A stretch of DNA of 64,000 nucleotides from Candidatus Thalassarchaeum betae (GTDB taxonomy: Archaea; Thermoplasmatota; Poseidoniia; Poseidoniales; Thalassarchaeaceae): contig PSPG01000007.1 in NCBI GenBank assembly GCA_003193925.1, positions 13,612-77,611 of the forward strand, in the 5' to 3' direction. The position numbers and the translations under genes are program-made. The notes beneath the pieces are model-generated. The model was not told the DNA's origin, did no database searches, and saw only the letters and a program-made list of their open reading frames with translations. Shown here piece after piece: positions 36,635-46,024 of the stretch. Each line of letters opens with the position of its first letter. Within the stretch, counting starts at the first letter, position 1.

Positions 36635-39594
36635 TCTTCCCGCCAGTCGGGCGGTTTCTCGGATTCCTCTTCCTCGAAGTAAGCCTCGTCCACAACCACG
36701 ACCTTGTCGTCGAACTTACCGAACTCGGCCTCCATGGCCAGTTCGGCCAGCCTCTGCTCCTCGGCGGCGGTCGTCTCCTTCCGCTCCTCCTTGCGCTCCT
36801 TCCTGAGCCTCCTGCGTCTGCTGATGAGCATCCCGATTGCGAAGAGTAGGACGAAGATGTAGGGAGCGAGCTCGCCGAGCACGAACATCCAGCTGACCTC
36901 GACTGTGTAGGTCACCGTGTCCGTGTTCTTGCTGCACTGCGCCCAAGTCGTCGCATCGGGGCATACGGGGGTCCTGTAGATCACCACCTGCCTTCCGTCG
37001 ACCTCGGTCAGCTCTCCGAGCCCCATCTGGCTCTCGAAGGTGAGCAGCCTGATCGAGCTCGGCAGGTGAATCTCAATCCTAGCCGAGGAGCGGATAGTGC
37101 CGAAGACCATGTCCTCCATGATCGGTGGAATCTCGATGTAGCCCACCGCGTCCTCGACCTGGATTCCCGAGTCGGTGAATACCGGCGATCCGAAGGCCAT
37201 CGACAACCTGTTGGCAATCGCGAGACCGATTGCGGCCGGCTGCACTCTGACGTCGATCCCATCACCGTGCAAGGAGGCTCTTACTAAGGCGTCGTCAATC
37301 TTCGAGCCGAGGCGTAGTGGCACGCTGTCACCGACCTCGGCGTTGCTGGGCATGGTGATGGTGTCGAACGAGGCGACGAACGGAGTCGCGGTGAAATCAC
37401 CCTCGAAGGTGTACTCTCCGAAACCGAAGTCCATCGGCACCGTCGTGATTGGCCCGTAGGACGCGATGAGGTCGCTTGACATCGAGGTTATCGTCTCGGC
37501 GAGCTGCTGCATCCCCTCGTTGGAGATCTCGACATCGATGATGTCGCCCACGCCGAGGTCGAGGGGTGCCTCGAGGTCGGAGCCCGCGAGCAGCCCACCG
37601 ATGCGACGGTCTCCGATCACCATCATCCTCCTCAGTAGGTCTGAAGGCACCGGATGGAGTTGTATCCCCTCTTCGTCGAAGTCGATCCCGAGCCTGTAGA
37701 TTTCGAGCACGACCTCGGCTGAGAACTCGACCTCCACTGCGAATCCGGTCTCTCGTATCGCGAACTTCTCGATGTCGACCCTGATGTCAAATGAGACACA
37801 GGTCTTCTGATTCGATCCGCAAATCAGGTCGGAGCTATCGTCCTCGCAGGGGTCTGACTCGATGCAGATGGGGTGCCTCCAGTCGAACAGCCTGGTCCCG
37901 GTGAAGCCGAATTCCTGCTCACCGCCACCGCTCATGGGGGCGTGGATGACCACGGTTGACGAATCGCCGATGGTGGATTCTATCCACTCGGGCAGATGCA
38001 GGGTGAGCCTGAACTCGGTGCTGGGCATGTCGTCTGGTAGCAGGTCCTGTAGCCAGCCCGTGTCGGATGAGAGTTCGACCTCGACCACGTTCATCATCGA
38101 GGCCATGTCCTCGTCGGTCACAACCGAGAGGTCGATGCTGGTGATGTCGCCGCCGCTGTTCTCCAGCATGTTCTGGATCACCGTGGTAACGCGCATCGGG
38201 GTGGATTGGGAGGTGGTCTGCAGCACCACGGGCCAAGTCCCGTCCATGGCATGCCGCCCGTCGATGCAGTACCTGACTTCGAGGGACTCGTCGCAAGTCT
38301 CGCCCGGGGTGTGATGGAAGCCGAGGCCCCCCTCGTCGTCTGCTTCGGCGAATTGCGGGGTGCCGAACCAGATGTCGGCACCGAGGGCGTTGGAGAAGGC
38401 CGTCGACATCTCCTCGATGGGGATTCCCTCGAGGATGGCAGTGAGGTCCTCGTCGACCTCCTGATCGAGCATCCTGATGCCATCGGAGGTCACCCAGGGG
38501 AATTCGATGGAGCCATCGTGGAGTTCCGCGCCCCACTCGTCGAGCGTCTGCGAGCCCAGATGGTGGATGGCTATCTCTAGGTCGAAGCGCGAGTTCTGAG
38601 TGTCGGTGGCATCAACGATCAGGTCGATGACGAGCGAGGGCTCGGTCGGGTCGATGCTGGCCGTCGGGGTGTCGAGCTCGCGGTGGACGAGCCTCGAGAC
38701 CAGTTCCACCGCGTTGGTGTTGGCCTCTGTGACGGCCTGGGTGTTGTCGATATGCAGTATCGAGTACATCTGGGGGTGGCCGTCGAGCATCCTCGCCCTC
38801 CTAGCACCGGGAGGCTCGACGCTCTGCACGTTGGCGTAGGGAGGGGGGAAGACCGAGAGTTCGATGGAGTGGCCCATCGGGGAGCTAGCGGAGAAATCGG
38901 AGTTCAGGGTCGCCCCCATGGTTAGCAGCCCCTGCATCATGCGGTTGATGTCAGAGGTCTCGGGCTTGAGCCCGAAGGAGTTGGAGTCGACTTCCATCTG
39001 CAGTACGGCCTCGAAGCAAAGGGGCGGGTGGAACGGGTCGTTGTCGAAGCCGTTGACCTCGTCGATAGAGTCGGAGTCAGGATTGTAGACGCAGGTGGCG
39101 TCCGGCTGCGACTTGAAATCGATCTCTGACACCGTCGTGATGGTGGTCGTGTTGACGTTCGGGAAGTTGATGTCGATGAACTCCTCCATTATCTCCTCGA
39201 CCCTCTCCAGCATCAGCTCGGAGACCGTGTCGCCGCCGCGGTCCAGGCTCTGGTAGTTCCGGATGTAATCAGCGGGTATGCCGTCCCAGGGCTTGCTATC
39301 CCCCCCGAGGTCGAGGTCATCCAGCCCGAGGTCTTCCCTCGACATCTCGTGGACCACCAGACCCACGCTCATCTCGACCATCTCCGCGTCCTCGATGTCG
39401 ATCTCCACAGAGCTCCTCATCCACTCGTCACCCGGAGTGTGGTCAAGCGCCGAGTCGTAGTCGTCGCAGACGCCGCTCGCGCTGTTCCAAGTCGAGCAGA
39501 TGTCGTTCTCCACATCGGGCTGTCCGGGTGGCGGGTCAGCCACGGCCAGAGGTGCTAGGAACAGCAGAACCAACAGCACGGCGGCGCGCTTCAT
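36631..39594 (-). CDS. Large acidic secreted protein with C-terminal membrane anchor, unknown function
   Basis: Signal peptide MKRAAVLLVLLFLAPLAVA, paired Cys, C-terminal TM followed by RRRRLRK. No recognised domain. Confidence 0.8.
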   Translation of the reverse strand: MKRAAVLLVLLFLAPLAVADPPPGQPDVENDICSTWNSASGVCDDYDSALDHTPGDEWMRSSVEIDIEDAEMVEMSVGLVVHEMSREDLGLDDLDLGGDSKPWDGIPADYIRNYQSLDRGGDTVSELMLERVEEIMEEFIDINFPNVNTTTITTVSEIDFKSQPDATCVYNPDSDSIDEVNGFDNDPFHPPLCFEAVLQMEVDSNSFGLKPETSDINRMMQGLLTMGATLNSDFSASSPMGHSIELSVFPPPYANVQSVEPPGARRARMLDGHPQMYSILHIDNTQAVTEANTNAVELVSRLVHRELDTPTASIDPTEPSLVIDLIVDATDTQNSRFDLEIAIHHLGSQTLDEWGAELHDGSIEFPWVTSDGIRMLDQEVDEDLTAILEGIPIEEMSTAFSNALGADIWFGTPQFAEADDEGGLGFHHTPGETCDESLEVRYCIDGRHAMDGTWPVVLQTTSQSTPMRVTTVIQNMLENSGGDITSIDLSVVTDEDMASMMNVVEVELSSDTGWLQDLLPDDMPSTEFRLTLHLPEWIESTIGDSSTVVIHAPMSGGGEQEFGFTGTRLFDWRHPICIESDPCEDDSSDLICGSNQKTCVSFDIRVDIEKFAIRETGFAVEVEFSAEVVLEIYRLGIDFDEEGIQLHPVPSDLLRRMMVIGDRRIGGLLAGSDLEAPLDLGVGDIIDVEISNEGMQQLAETITSMSSDLIASYGPITTVPMDFGFGEYTFEGDFTATPFVASFDTITMPSNAEVGDSVPLRLGSKIDDALVRASLHGDGIDVRVQPAAIGLAIANRLSMAFGSPVFTDSGIQVEDAVGYIEIPPIMEDMVFGTIRSSARIEIHLPSSIRLLTFESQMGLGELTEVDGRQVVIYRTPVCPDATTWAQCSKNTDTVTYTVEVSWMFVLGELAPYIFVLLFAIGMLISRRRRLRKERKEERKETTAAEEQRLAELAMEAEFGKFDDKVVVVDEAYFEEEESEKPPDWRED

Positions 39595-39655
39595 ACTGTT
39601 AGACACGCACTTCTGACCATAAGTCTGAATCCAAAATGCTTCAGCCTCAGGTCAG

Positions 39656-40546
39656 ATGCGCAGGGAGGACCCGCACCGCCGTCTGGCCGAAGCGGTGGGC
39701 GGGCTGCTCGCGGAGCAAGGGGCTTCGGATGAGGAGTGCATAGCACTCCTCGAACTGCTTCCGAGCAAGTGGGAGAGGTTCTCCGACGTCGTCCTGCTGC
39801 CGAGTTCGGCGTTCCGCGAGGAGTGGGATGAATACACCTCGGACGGCCTCTGGAGGGCTGTGGCTGGGGCAATCGGGGCCGACAGGGTCGGCAGGGTGGG
39901 CGAAATCTCGGGCGAGATGCGCGAGAGCTCGGCGGAGATGCTGCTGGGTGATGACGACTGGGTGATGCGCCGCGAGAGCGGGGTCGAGTACGGCTACAAC
40001 CTCACCCGGTGCATGTTCTCTGCTGGCAACATCAACGAGCGTCGCAGGATGGGCGAGGCGGCCCTCGCCGGTGAGGTCGTCGTCGACCTCTACTCGGGCA
40101 TCGGCTACTACACGCTGCCGATGCTCGTCCACTCGCAAGTCGAGCACGTCCACTGCTGCGAGTGGAACCCAAATGCGGTGCGGGCGCTCGGTTCGAACCT
40201 CGAGAGCAACGGAGTGGCCGAGCGCTGCACCATCCACGTCGGTGACAATCGGATCACTGCGGCAAACCTCATCGGGATAGCTGACCGCGTCGTGCTGGGA
40301 CTGCTGCCGACGTCGGAGGATGGTTACGAGGTCGCCATGGCTGCCCTCGGGCCATCCGGTGGGACCCTGCACGTCCACGGCGTGGCAGCAGCGGACGATC
40401 ACGCCTCCTGGGCCCGGGGAGTCAGGCGGAGCCTGCAGGAAATCGAGCCCGGCTGCTCGCTCGAGGCTGGGCGGCCGATCAGGGTGAAGAGCTATGCTCC
40501 GCACTGGGACCATATGGTGCTTGACGTGGCGGTGTCCCGTCTCTAG
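39656..40546 (+). CDS. taw2: tRNA(Phe) wyosine-pathway aminocarboxypropyltransferase Taw2/TYW2 (Trm5/Met-10 family)
   Basis: CMFSAGNINERRR, VDLYSGIGYYTLP, CEWNP, DRVVLGLLP, VKSYAP. Confidence 0.8.
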   Translation: MRREDPHRRLAEAVGGLLAEQGASDEECIALLELLPSKWERFSDVVLLPSSAFREEWDEYTSDGLWRAVAGAIGADRVGRVGEISGEMRESSAEMLLGDDDWVMRRESGVEYGYNLTRCMFSAGNINERRRMGEAALAGEVVVDLYSGIGYYTLPMLVHSQVEHVHCCEWNPNAVRALGSNLESNGVAERCTIHVGDNRITAANLIGIADRVVLGLLPTSEDGYEVAMAALGPSGGTLHVHGVAAADDHASWARGVRRSLQEIEPGCSLEAGRPIRVKSYAPHWDHMVLDVAVSRL

Positions 40547-40583
40547 CCGTCGAACTCAAGGCGAGCGACCCTAGCCCGCAGCC

Positions 40584-41267
40584 ATGGTCGCAGACTGGTT
40601 GCTCGAGGCTGCAGCGCAGTACAACGAGCAGTCGCTCGAAGGCAGGGACGCCTACCCCGCGCACATACTGATGCCGGTCGAGGCACTCGCGCAGATACTC
40701 GACTGGACCTTCCAGTCCCTGCCCGACGAGATACTCGTGGGAATGGACGTGAATGCCGAGATGCCGCACAGGAGGGAGGTCGAAGACGCGTACTGCGGCG
40801 TCGACTTCGAGAGTGGGCTGTTCTCGGGGCAGGGATTCGTGCTCGGCGAACCGCATCTGGTCAACCGCGGCGACTCGTACTCGGTCCACCACGTCCCCGA
40901 GGAGTGGATGGATGGCCTGTTCTCCGAGGACCGGGGCGTGCGCGGCGGTCGCTTCTCGCACTGGCTGCACACCCACCCCAACGCCCCGGCGATACCCAGC
41001 GAGGCGGACGCCGAGGCCGCGCAGTGGACCGAAGGAAGTGACATGATCCTTGGCGTTCGCTACTCCCCCGAGGGGATGCTGCCGTGGTTCGACGACATCG
41101 AGGGCGAGCGCAGAGAGCTGTCACCCGAGGAGGACGGTCGTCCCGTCATCGGCAGGGCGATCACCGGTCACCTGATCCACGGACTGGAGCTGATCTCCTT
41201 CCACAGGAGGGGTTTCGCGGTGAACGTGGTGCTGACCGATACTGAGGGCTTGCCAATCGGTTGGTAG
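40584..41267 (+). CDS. JAMM/MPN+ metalloprotease
   Basis: LPDEIL (catalytic Glu) and HTHPNAPAIPSEAD (HxH-x7-S-x2-D). Confidence 0.82.
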   Translation: MVADWLLEAAAQYNEQSLEGRDAYPAHILMPVEALAQILDWTFQSLPDEILVGMDVNAEMPHRREVEDAYCGVDFESGLFSGQGFVLGEPHLVNRGDSYSVHHVPEEWMDGLFSEDRGVRGGRFSHWLHTHPNAPAIPSEADAEAAQWTEGSDMILGVRYSPEGMLPWFDDIEGERRELSPEEDGRPVIGRAITGHLIHGLELISFHRRGFAVNVVLTDTEGLPIGW

Positions 41268-41285
41268 ACTCTCGTGAGTTCGGAC

Positions 41286-41831
41286 TCACGAGGATTGGTC
41301 TCTGAAGACGTGCTCGCGGTAATGCTCCAATTCGGCTATGCTGCCTCTGATGTCGTCGAGTGCGCGGTGCCCTGCTGGCTTGGTCGCCCGGGGGAGGTCG
41401 GGGTACCACCTGTCGACCAGTTGCTTGATCGAGGTCACATCGACGCTGCGGTAGTGGAAGAAGGCGTGCAGCTCGGGCATGTACCGGCGCAGGAAGCGCC
41501 TGTCATGGCTGATGGTGTTGCCACATAGAGGGGGGACCCCCGCTATGCAGTGATCATGCAGGAACTCGAGGGTCAGAGCCTCGGCCTCGGCCATCGGCAT
41601 CCCATCGTTCCTGACCCTGTCGAGCAGCCCGTTCTCGGTATGGTGGGTGAGGTTCCACTCGTCCATCTTGGCCAGCTCCTCCTCGGGCTGGGCTATCGCG
41701 ATGGCAGGCCCCTCGGCGACCACGGTGAGGTCGCCCTCGGTGACTATGGTAGCGATTTCGATGATCGTGTTCTCCTCCGGCTCCAGCCCGGTCATCTCGA
41801 GATCGATCCAGACCAGTCGCTCGTCGACCAT
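41286..41831 (-). CDS. orn: Oligoribonuclease (DEDDh)
   Basis: WIDLEMTGL, IIEIATIV, PLCGNTISHDRRFL, FFHYRSVDVTSIK, HRALDDI. Confidence 0.95.
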   Translation of the reverse strand: MVDERLVWIDLEMTGLEPEENTIIEIATIVTEGDLTVVAEGPAIAIAQPEEELAKMDEWNLTHHTENGLLDRVRNDGMPMAEAEALTLEFLHDHCIAGVPPLCGNTISHDRRFLRRYMPELHAFFHYRSVDVTSIKQLVDRWYPDLPRATKPAGHRALDDIRGSIAELEHYREHVFRDQSS

Positions 41832-41911
41832 GCGACTGGCGCTGGCGGGACGGTCTTAGGGGTTCTCATCCCAGGGCGAGTATCATAGCGCCCGGACCGT
41901 GCGCATGGGCG

Positions 41912-43174
41912 ATGAGCGGCATAGGTTACATCGAACTGCTCAGGAGGAACGCCCCCTTCCGCCGTCTCTTCGCCTTCAACGAGATCTCGTTCATCGGCGA
42001 CTGGTTCACCGTCATCGCCCTGTTCATAATGGCTGGGCAGGCCACCGACAACTCGCCTTTGGCAATCGCGGGCGTGCTGGCCGCGAGGAGTTTCTCGCTG
42101 GCGCTGGCCACGCCGTTCACAGGCATGCTCGCTGACCGGTACTCACGCAAGGGGCTCATGGTGGGTGCCAATGTCGCTTCCTTCGTCGTGCTGGTCGTAG
42201 TGCTGGGATTCGACCTGCTGGAGAGCCTGACATCGGTGTACGCCCTCGCTGTGGTGATGGTGGCTGCGAGGGCGATGTTCGACCCTGCTGAGTACGCCTA
42301 CCTGCCGAACATCTGCGACGAGCAGGAGCTCCTGACGGCCAACGCCCTGACCTCGGGGGGCTGGTCGGTCGCCTTGGGCGTGGGTTCCGCAATCGGCGGC
42401 CTGACCATCTCGCTCTACGGCATCGAGACCGCCTTGTGGATCGACACGGCGACCTTCGCTGTGGCCGCTCTGGGAATCATGACCCTGCCTTCTGGCGGGC
42501 CGGACACCTCGGAGCGCAAGGCGGCGAGACTAGGGGTTGTGCTCGGGGAGATGACGGCGGGATGGAGGCACATCCTCGAGAGCCCGCCGCTTCGCAGGGT
42601 GGTCTTCGCCAAGGGGCTGTGGGCATCCGGTGGCGGGGCACAGGTGTTCCTCCTCATCATCATCGGCATGGAGGCCGGCTTTGGGGATATGGCGGCCGGC
42701 ATAGGCATCCTGTTCATGGTTAGGGGCTTCGGTTCCGGGTTCGGGCCCGTGGCGGGCCGGCCGCTGATGGAGAGCCCGAGGCTGAGGCCCTACCTCATCG
42801 GGCTGTCCGTCGGCGTCAGTGGCCTCTTCTACATCGCCGTCTCTGCCGTGGAGTGGACCGATTTCATCCTCGTTCTGGTGTTCCTCGCCCACGCCGCCAG
42901 CGGCTTGAACTGGGTGCTGTCAACCACTTTCCTGCAAGAGCGGACGGCGGACGAGTGGCGGGGCAGGGTCGCGGGCACCGACCATTTCGGGATCACCCTG
43001 ATGATGGGCGTCTCCGCGTTGGCGGCGGGGCTCATCATGCAGTACGAGCTGCTCGGTCTCAGGGAAGTCATCGCCCTGACCGGTATGGTGCAGATCACCC
43101 TCGGGCTGGTTTGGATCGCACTGGCATCTCCCCATGAGAGGAAGATGCTAGACCAGCCTCTGCAGTCCGGCTAG
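41912..43174 (+). CDS. MFS transporter
   Basis: GMLADRYSRK and about 12 TM segments. Confidence 0.88.
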   Translation: MSGIGYIELLRRNAPFRRLFAFNEISFIGDWFTVIALFIMAGQATDNSPLAIAGVLAARSFSLALATPFTGMLADRYSRKGLMVGANVASFVVLVVVLGFDLLESLTSVYALAVVMVAARAMFDPAEYAYLPNICDEQELLTANALTSGGWSVALGVGSAIGGLTISLYGIETALWIDTATFAVAALGIMTLPSGGPDTSERKAARLGVVLGEMTAGWRHILESPPLRRVVFAKGLWASGGGAQVFLLIIIGMEAGFGDMAAGIGILFMVRGFGSGFGPVAGRPLMESPRLRPYLIGLSVGVSGLFYIAVSAVEWTDFILVLVFLAHAASGLNWVLSTTFLQERTADEWRGRVAGTDHFGITLMMGVSALAAGLIMQYELLGLREVIALTGMVQITLGLVWIALASPHERKMLDQPLQSG

Positions 43175-43957
43175 GACTAGCAGAGGCGCGATCGAGAAGG
43201 CGATGTCGCGTATGAGCGAGCGAGTGGACGCGCGGGCGCGGGCTGTGATTCGCGCCTGGATGTCCTTGTCCAGCCTGTCCATGGCCACCGAGGCGGGGCC
43301 CCTGACCTTTTCCAGCACTGACTCGATAGCGTCCGCGCCCATGTCGAGCAGGTTGGAGACCAAGTCGGTGACAAGGTTCTGTCGAGGGGCCGGAGTGAGC
43401 TCGCCATCGACCATGTGCTCGACGTCGATGATGTTCCTCCACGGGCGCGGTATCTCGATCTCCTTGACTCCCTTGAGTATCTCGCGCCCGACCACCGCCG
43501 TCTGTACGACCAACTTGGCGGTGCTGAGGTTGTACTTCGCGAGCGTCTGAATGTCCCGGCGCGAACGTGTGACCTTGTTGAAGTCGGTGATCAGCCAAGC
43601 GGCCCCAGCTACGAGCAGTAGGATGACGCCGATCTGCGGCGTGTTCTCCCAACTCGGCCATCCGATGGGGCCGAACCAGACGCGGGCGCCGACGGCGACT
43701 ATCGCAGGGAGCATGAAGGCGAGGACCTCGTTGGTGACGATCAGCCAGAAGCCCTCGATCGGCAGTTGCTTCAGCCTTGCGAAGAACCACTTGACGTGCT
43801 TGGTCCTCTCACCGGGTGGGGCATAGGTGTTGACCAGGTCGACGAGCGGAGGAGCGACGAAGACTATCCTCATGATGAACGGAATGGCGAGCATCAGCAG
43901 GTAGGCATCCCAAGGCGAAGCCGGGGGCAGGCTGGGAAAGGCGATGGCCTCTGCCAT
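43148..43957 (-). CDS. Hypothetical membrane protein
   Basis: 3-4 hydrophobic segments. Long ORF filling the gap between genes. Confidence 0.7.
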   Translation of the reverse strand: MAEAIAFPSLPPASPWDAYLLMLAIPFIMRIVFVAPPLVDLVNTYAPPGERTKHVKWFFARLKQLPIEGFWLIVTNEVLAFMLPAIVAVGARVWFGPIGWPSWENTPQIGVILLLVAGAAWLITDFNKVTRSRRDIQTLAKYNLSTAKLVVQTAVVGREILKGVKEIEIPRPWRNIIDVEHMVDGELTPAPRQNLVTDLVSNLLDMGADAIESVLEKVRGPASVAMDRLDKDIQARITARARASTRSLIRDIAFSIAPLLVLAGLQRLV

Positions 43958-43999
43958 GGACTGCAATGGCAACTGACTGCCATCAACCTCACTACGGCT

Positions 44000-44434
44000 T
44001 CACATCGATGATTCGCGCAAGGTCGCTGCTTGGGTCATAGCCGACCTGACCAGCACGAAGGCGATTATCGCGCCGCCGCCGAAGGCCAAGCCGATGTACC
44101 GGTGTGTGTCGAAGAACAGCAGTGCGATCCCGACCAGAGACAGGTACGAGACCATCTGGCAGATGAGGGAGAGCCTCAGGAGCATGATGTACTCGATGTC
44201 GTGGGCGTTCTCGAACTCGTGGATGTAGGAGTTGATGAGGAAGAAGATGGCTTGGAACGGGAGGGCAGCGGCCAGAATGGCCAGACCGACAACAGTGAGC
44301 ATGTCGGGATTGTCCTTGCTCAGTTCCAAGCCCCGGAACAGCAGGTAACCCGTGTTCAGTCCTATGATGGCGGCGTGGATGGCCCACGCCTTGTCCGAAG
44401 TAGGGCTCTCGGCTCGGGCGCTTTCGGGAACCAC
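44000..44434 (-). CDS. Hypothetical 4-TM membrane protein
   Basis: Four hydrophobic segments and coding-like codon usage. Confidence 0.7.
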   Translation of the reverse strand: MVPESARAESPTSDKAWAIHAAIIGLNTGYLLFRGLELSKDNPDMLTVVGLAILAAALPFQAIFFLINSYIHEFENAHDIEYIMLLRLSLICQMVSYLSLVGIALLFFDTHRYIGLAFGGGAIIAFVLVRSAMTQAATLRESSM

Positions 44435-44546
44435 GAGCGCTCTCGGCTTCGTGGCACAGTTGAATATTACTCTCGATGAGTCGGCCTCTAGTGGTGTTAT
44501 CGGGGAGGTGCTTGCTCATCCAGCACTTCCAGACAGGTGGAATCCT

Positions 44547-45986
44547 TCAGGGAATATCCCCCACATGACCATCCGCTTCCAGCAGCGCCGCCGTCCAGTC
44601 ATTTTGAAAGACGCCTTGCGGATCAAGCGTATTGCAGACGGTGCGGAAATCATCGAACCGGGGGTAGAGAGAGGTCAGCTCGTCGGCCTCCAGTGGGCAG
44701 ACTTTGCCCCAGTGCGGGCGCGCATGGAACAGTCGTGACATGCTTCGGGCCATGAAGCTCGCGAACAGGGAAAAACCAGCACGCCGTGCTGGCCTCGCGT
44801 AGCTGATGAAACTCAGCGCGTACCAGTCCTGCTCCCCGCCGCTGGCCATCGAGATCAAGGTGTCATCGGGAAGCACCCGCCGCACGCAGATGGGGTAGTG
44901 GTGGCAGTACTTGTCGTGAAGCTCGGCCAGAGCCTCTTGCATGCCGAGCTCCTCGATTCGCTGCTGGTTGTCTGCGGACAACGCTGACTCCCTCCCGCCA
45001 GCAACCTTGATGACTTCTTGGGCAAACCCGAGCGCGTCCACCAACTGGTCTCTGAGCACGAACAACTCGATCTCAATGTGCCGAAAGGCCTCGTGCCTCA
45101 TCACCAGCATGGACGAGGAGCGGTCCGTGACCTTCCAGTTGCGAATCAGGAATACCGGGACGAGGCGCCGAAAGTAAAACCGGACCAAACGCCGACTTCG
45201 CAGCACGCGTTCCAGGAACAAGATCGGAAGGTGCAAGCCATAGTCCATCACCCCCAGCCAGTAGAGCCGGTACAGCCTGGCGAGGCGGGAACGCGGCCGG
45301 TCATGCTCACGCCGGTGTTGGCTGAAGTAGGACCAGTGCCAGGGGACGAGGTAGAACTGCTGGAGCGGAAATGACGCTTCGGCATCCAGGACGTCCGACA
45401 GCCGACGGGACTCGGTGAAATGCTCCTGTACGTTGTACTGTGCGCGGCAGCGGAGCTTCACGGCCAGGATGATTCCGAGCGAACCCAGTGAACAGCGAGC
45501 TGCCTGCAGCGGTTCTCCGGCGCTCAACTCCTCGATGATCGCCTGGCCGGTGGAAGCGTCATAGCGCGCCAGCCGCACCCCCACCACATAGTGCGACATG
45601 CTCTGGCGTCCCGAACCGTGAGTGCCGGTGGAGATCGCCCCGGCGATCGTCTGGGCCGTGATCAGACCCAGCGAATGCAGGGTGGCGCCGTCGCGATCGA
45701 GCTCTTTGAGAAGGCGCTTGATCTGGCATCCGGCCCCAACCGTGGCAACGAACTGGTCGCCGTCGGGCTCGAGCAGGACGTCGTTCAACCGTCGCAGGTC
45801 CAGCAGCACGCCGTCGCCGAGGACCGCATCGCTCCAGCTATGCAATCTGCCGACGGCGCGGATGCTCTGGCCGCGGTGCCTGTCGAGGATCTGCAGGACT
45901 TCCTGCTCGTCGGCTGGGGTGTAGGCCGCCGAAGGCTTCAGCACCTGGTTGCGGCCGAAGTTCTTGCGATGCACGCCCTGAACCAC
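44547..45986 (-). CDS. FAD-linked oxidase, L-gulonolactone/D-arabinonolactone oxidase family
   Basis: RAVGRLHSWS, QTIAGAISTGTHGSG, SLGSLGII, RPHWGK, LDPQGVFQN. Confidence 0.88.
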   Translation of the reverse strand: MVQGVHRKNFGRNQVLKPSAAYTPADEQEVLQILDRHRGQSIRAVGRLHSWSDAVLGDGVLLDLRRLNDVLLEPDGDQFVATVGAGCQIKRLLKELDRDGATLHSLGLITAQTIAGAISTGTHGSGRQSMSHYVVGVRLARYDASTGQAIIEELSAGEPLQAARCSLGSLGIILAVKLRCRAQYNVQEHFTESRRLSDVLDAEASFPLQQFYLVPWHWSYFSQHRREHDRPRSRLARLYRLYWLGVMDYGLHLPILFLERVLRSRRLVRFYFRRLVPVFLIRNWKVTDRSSSMLVMRHEAFRHIEIELFVLRDQLVDALGFAQEVIKVAGGRESALSADNQQRIEELGMQEALAELHDKYCHHYPICVRRVLPDDTLISMASGGEQDWYALSFISYARPARRAGFSLFASFMARSMSRLFHARPHWGKVCPLEADELTSLYPRFDDFRTVCNTLDPQGVFQNDWTAALLEADGHVGDIP

Positions 45987-46024
45987 GCACCTGCGAAGGA
46001 CGGATCAGTATTGAAATCCTCGAC

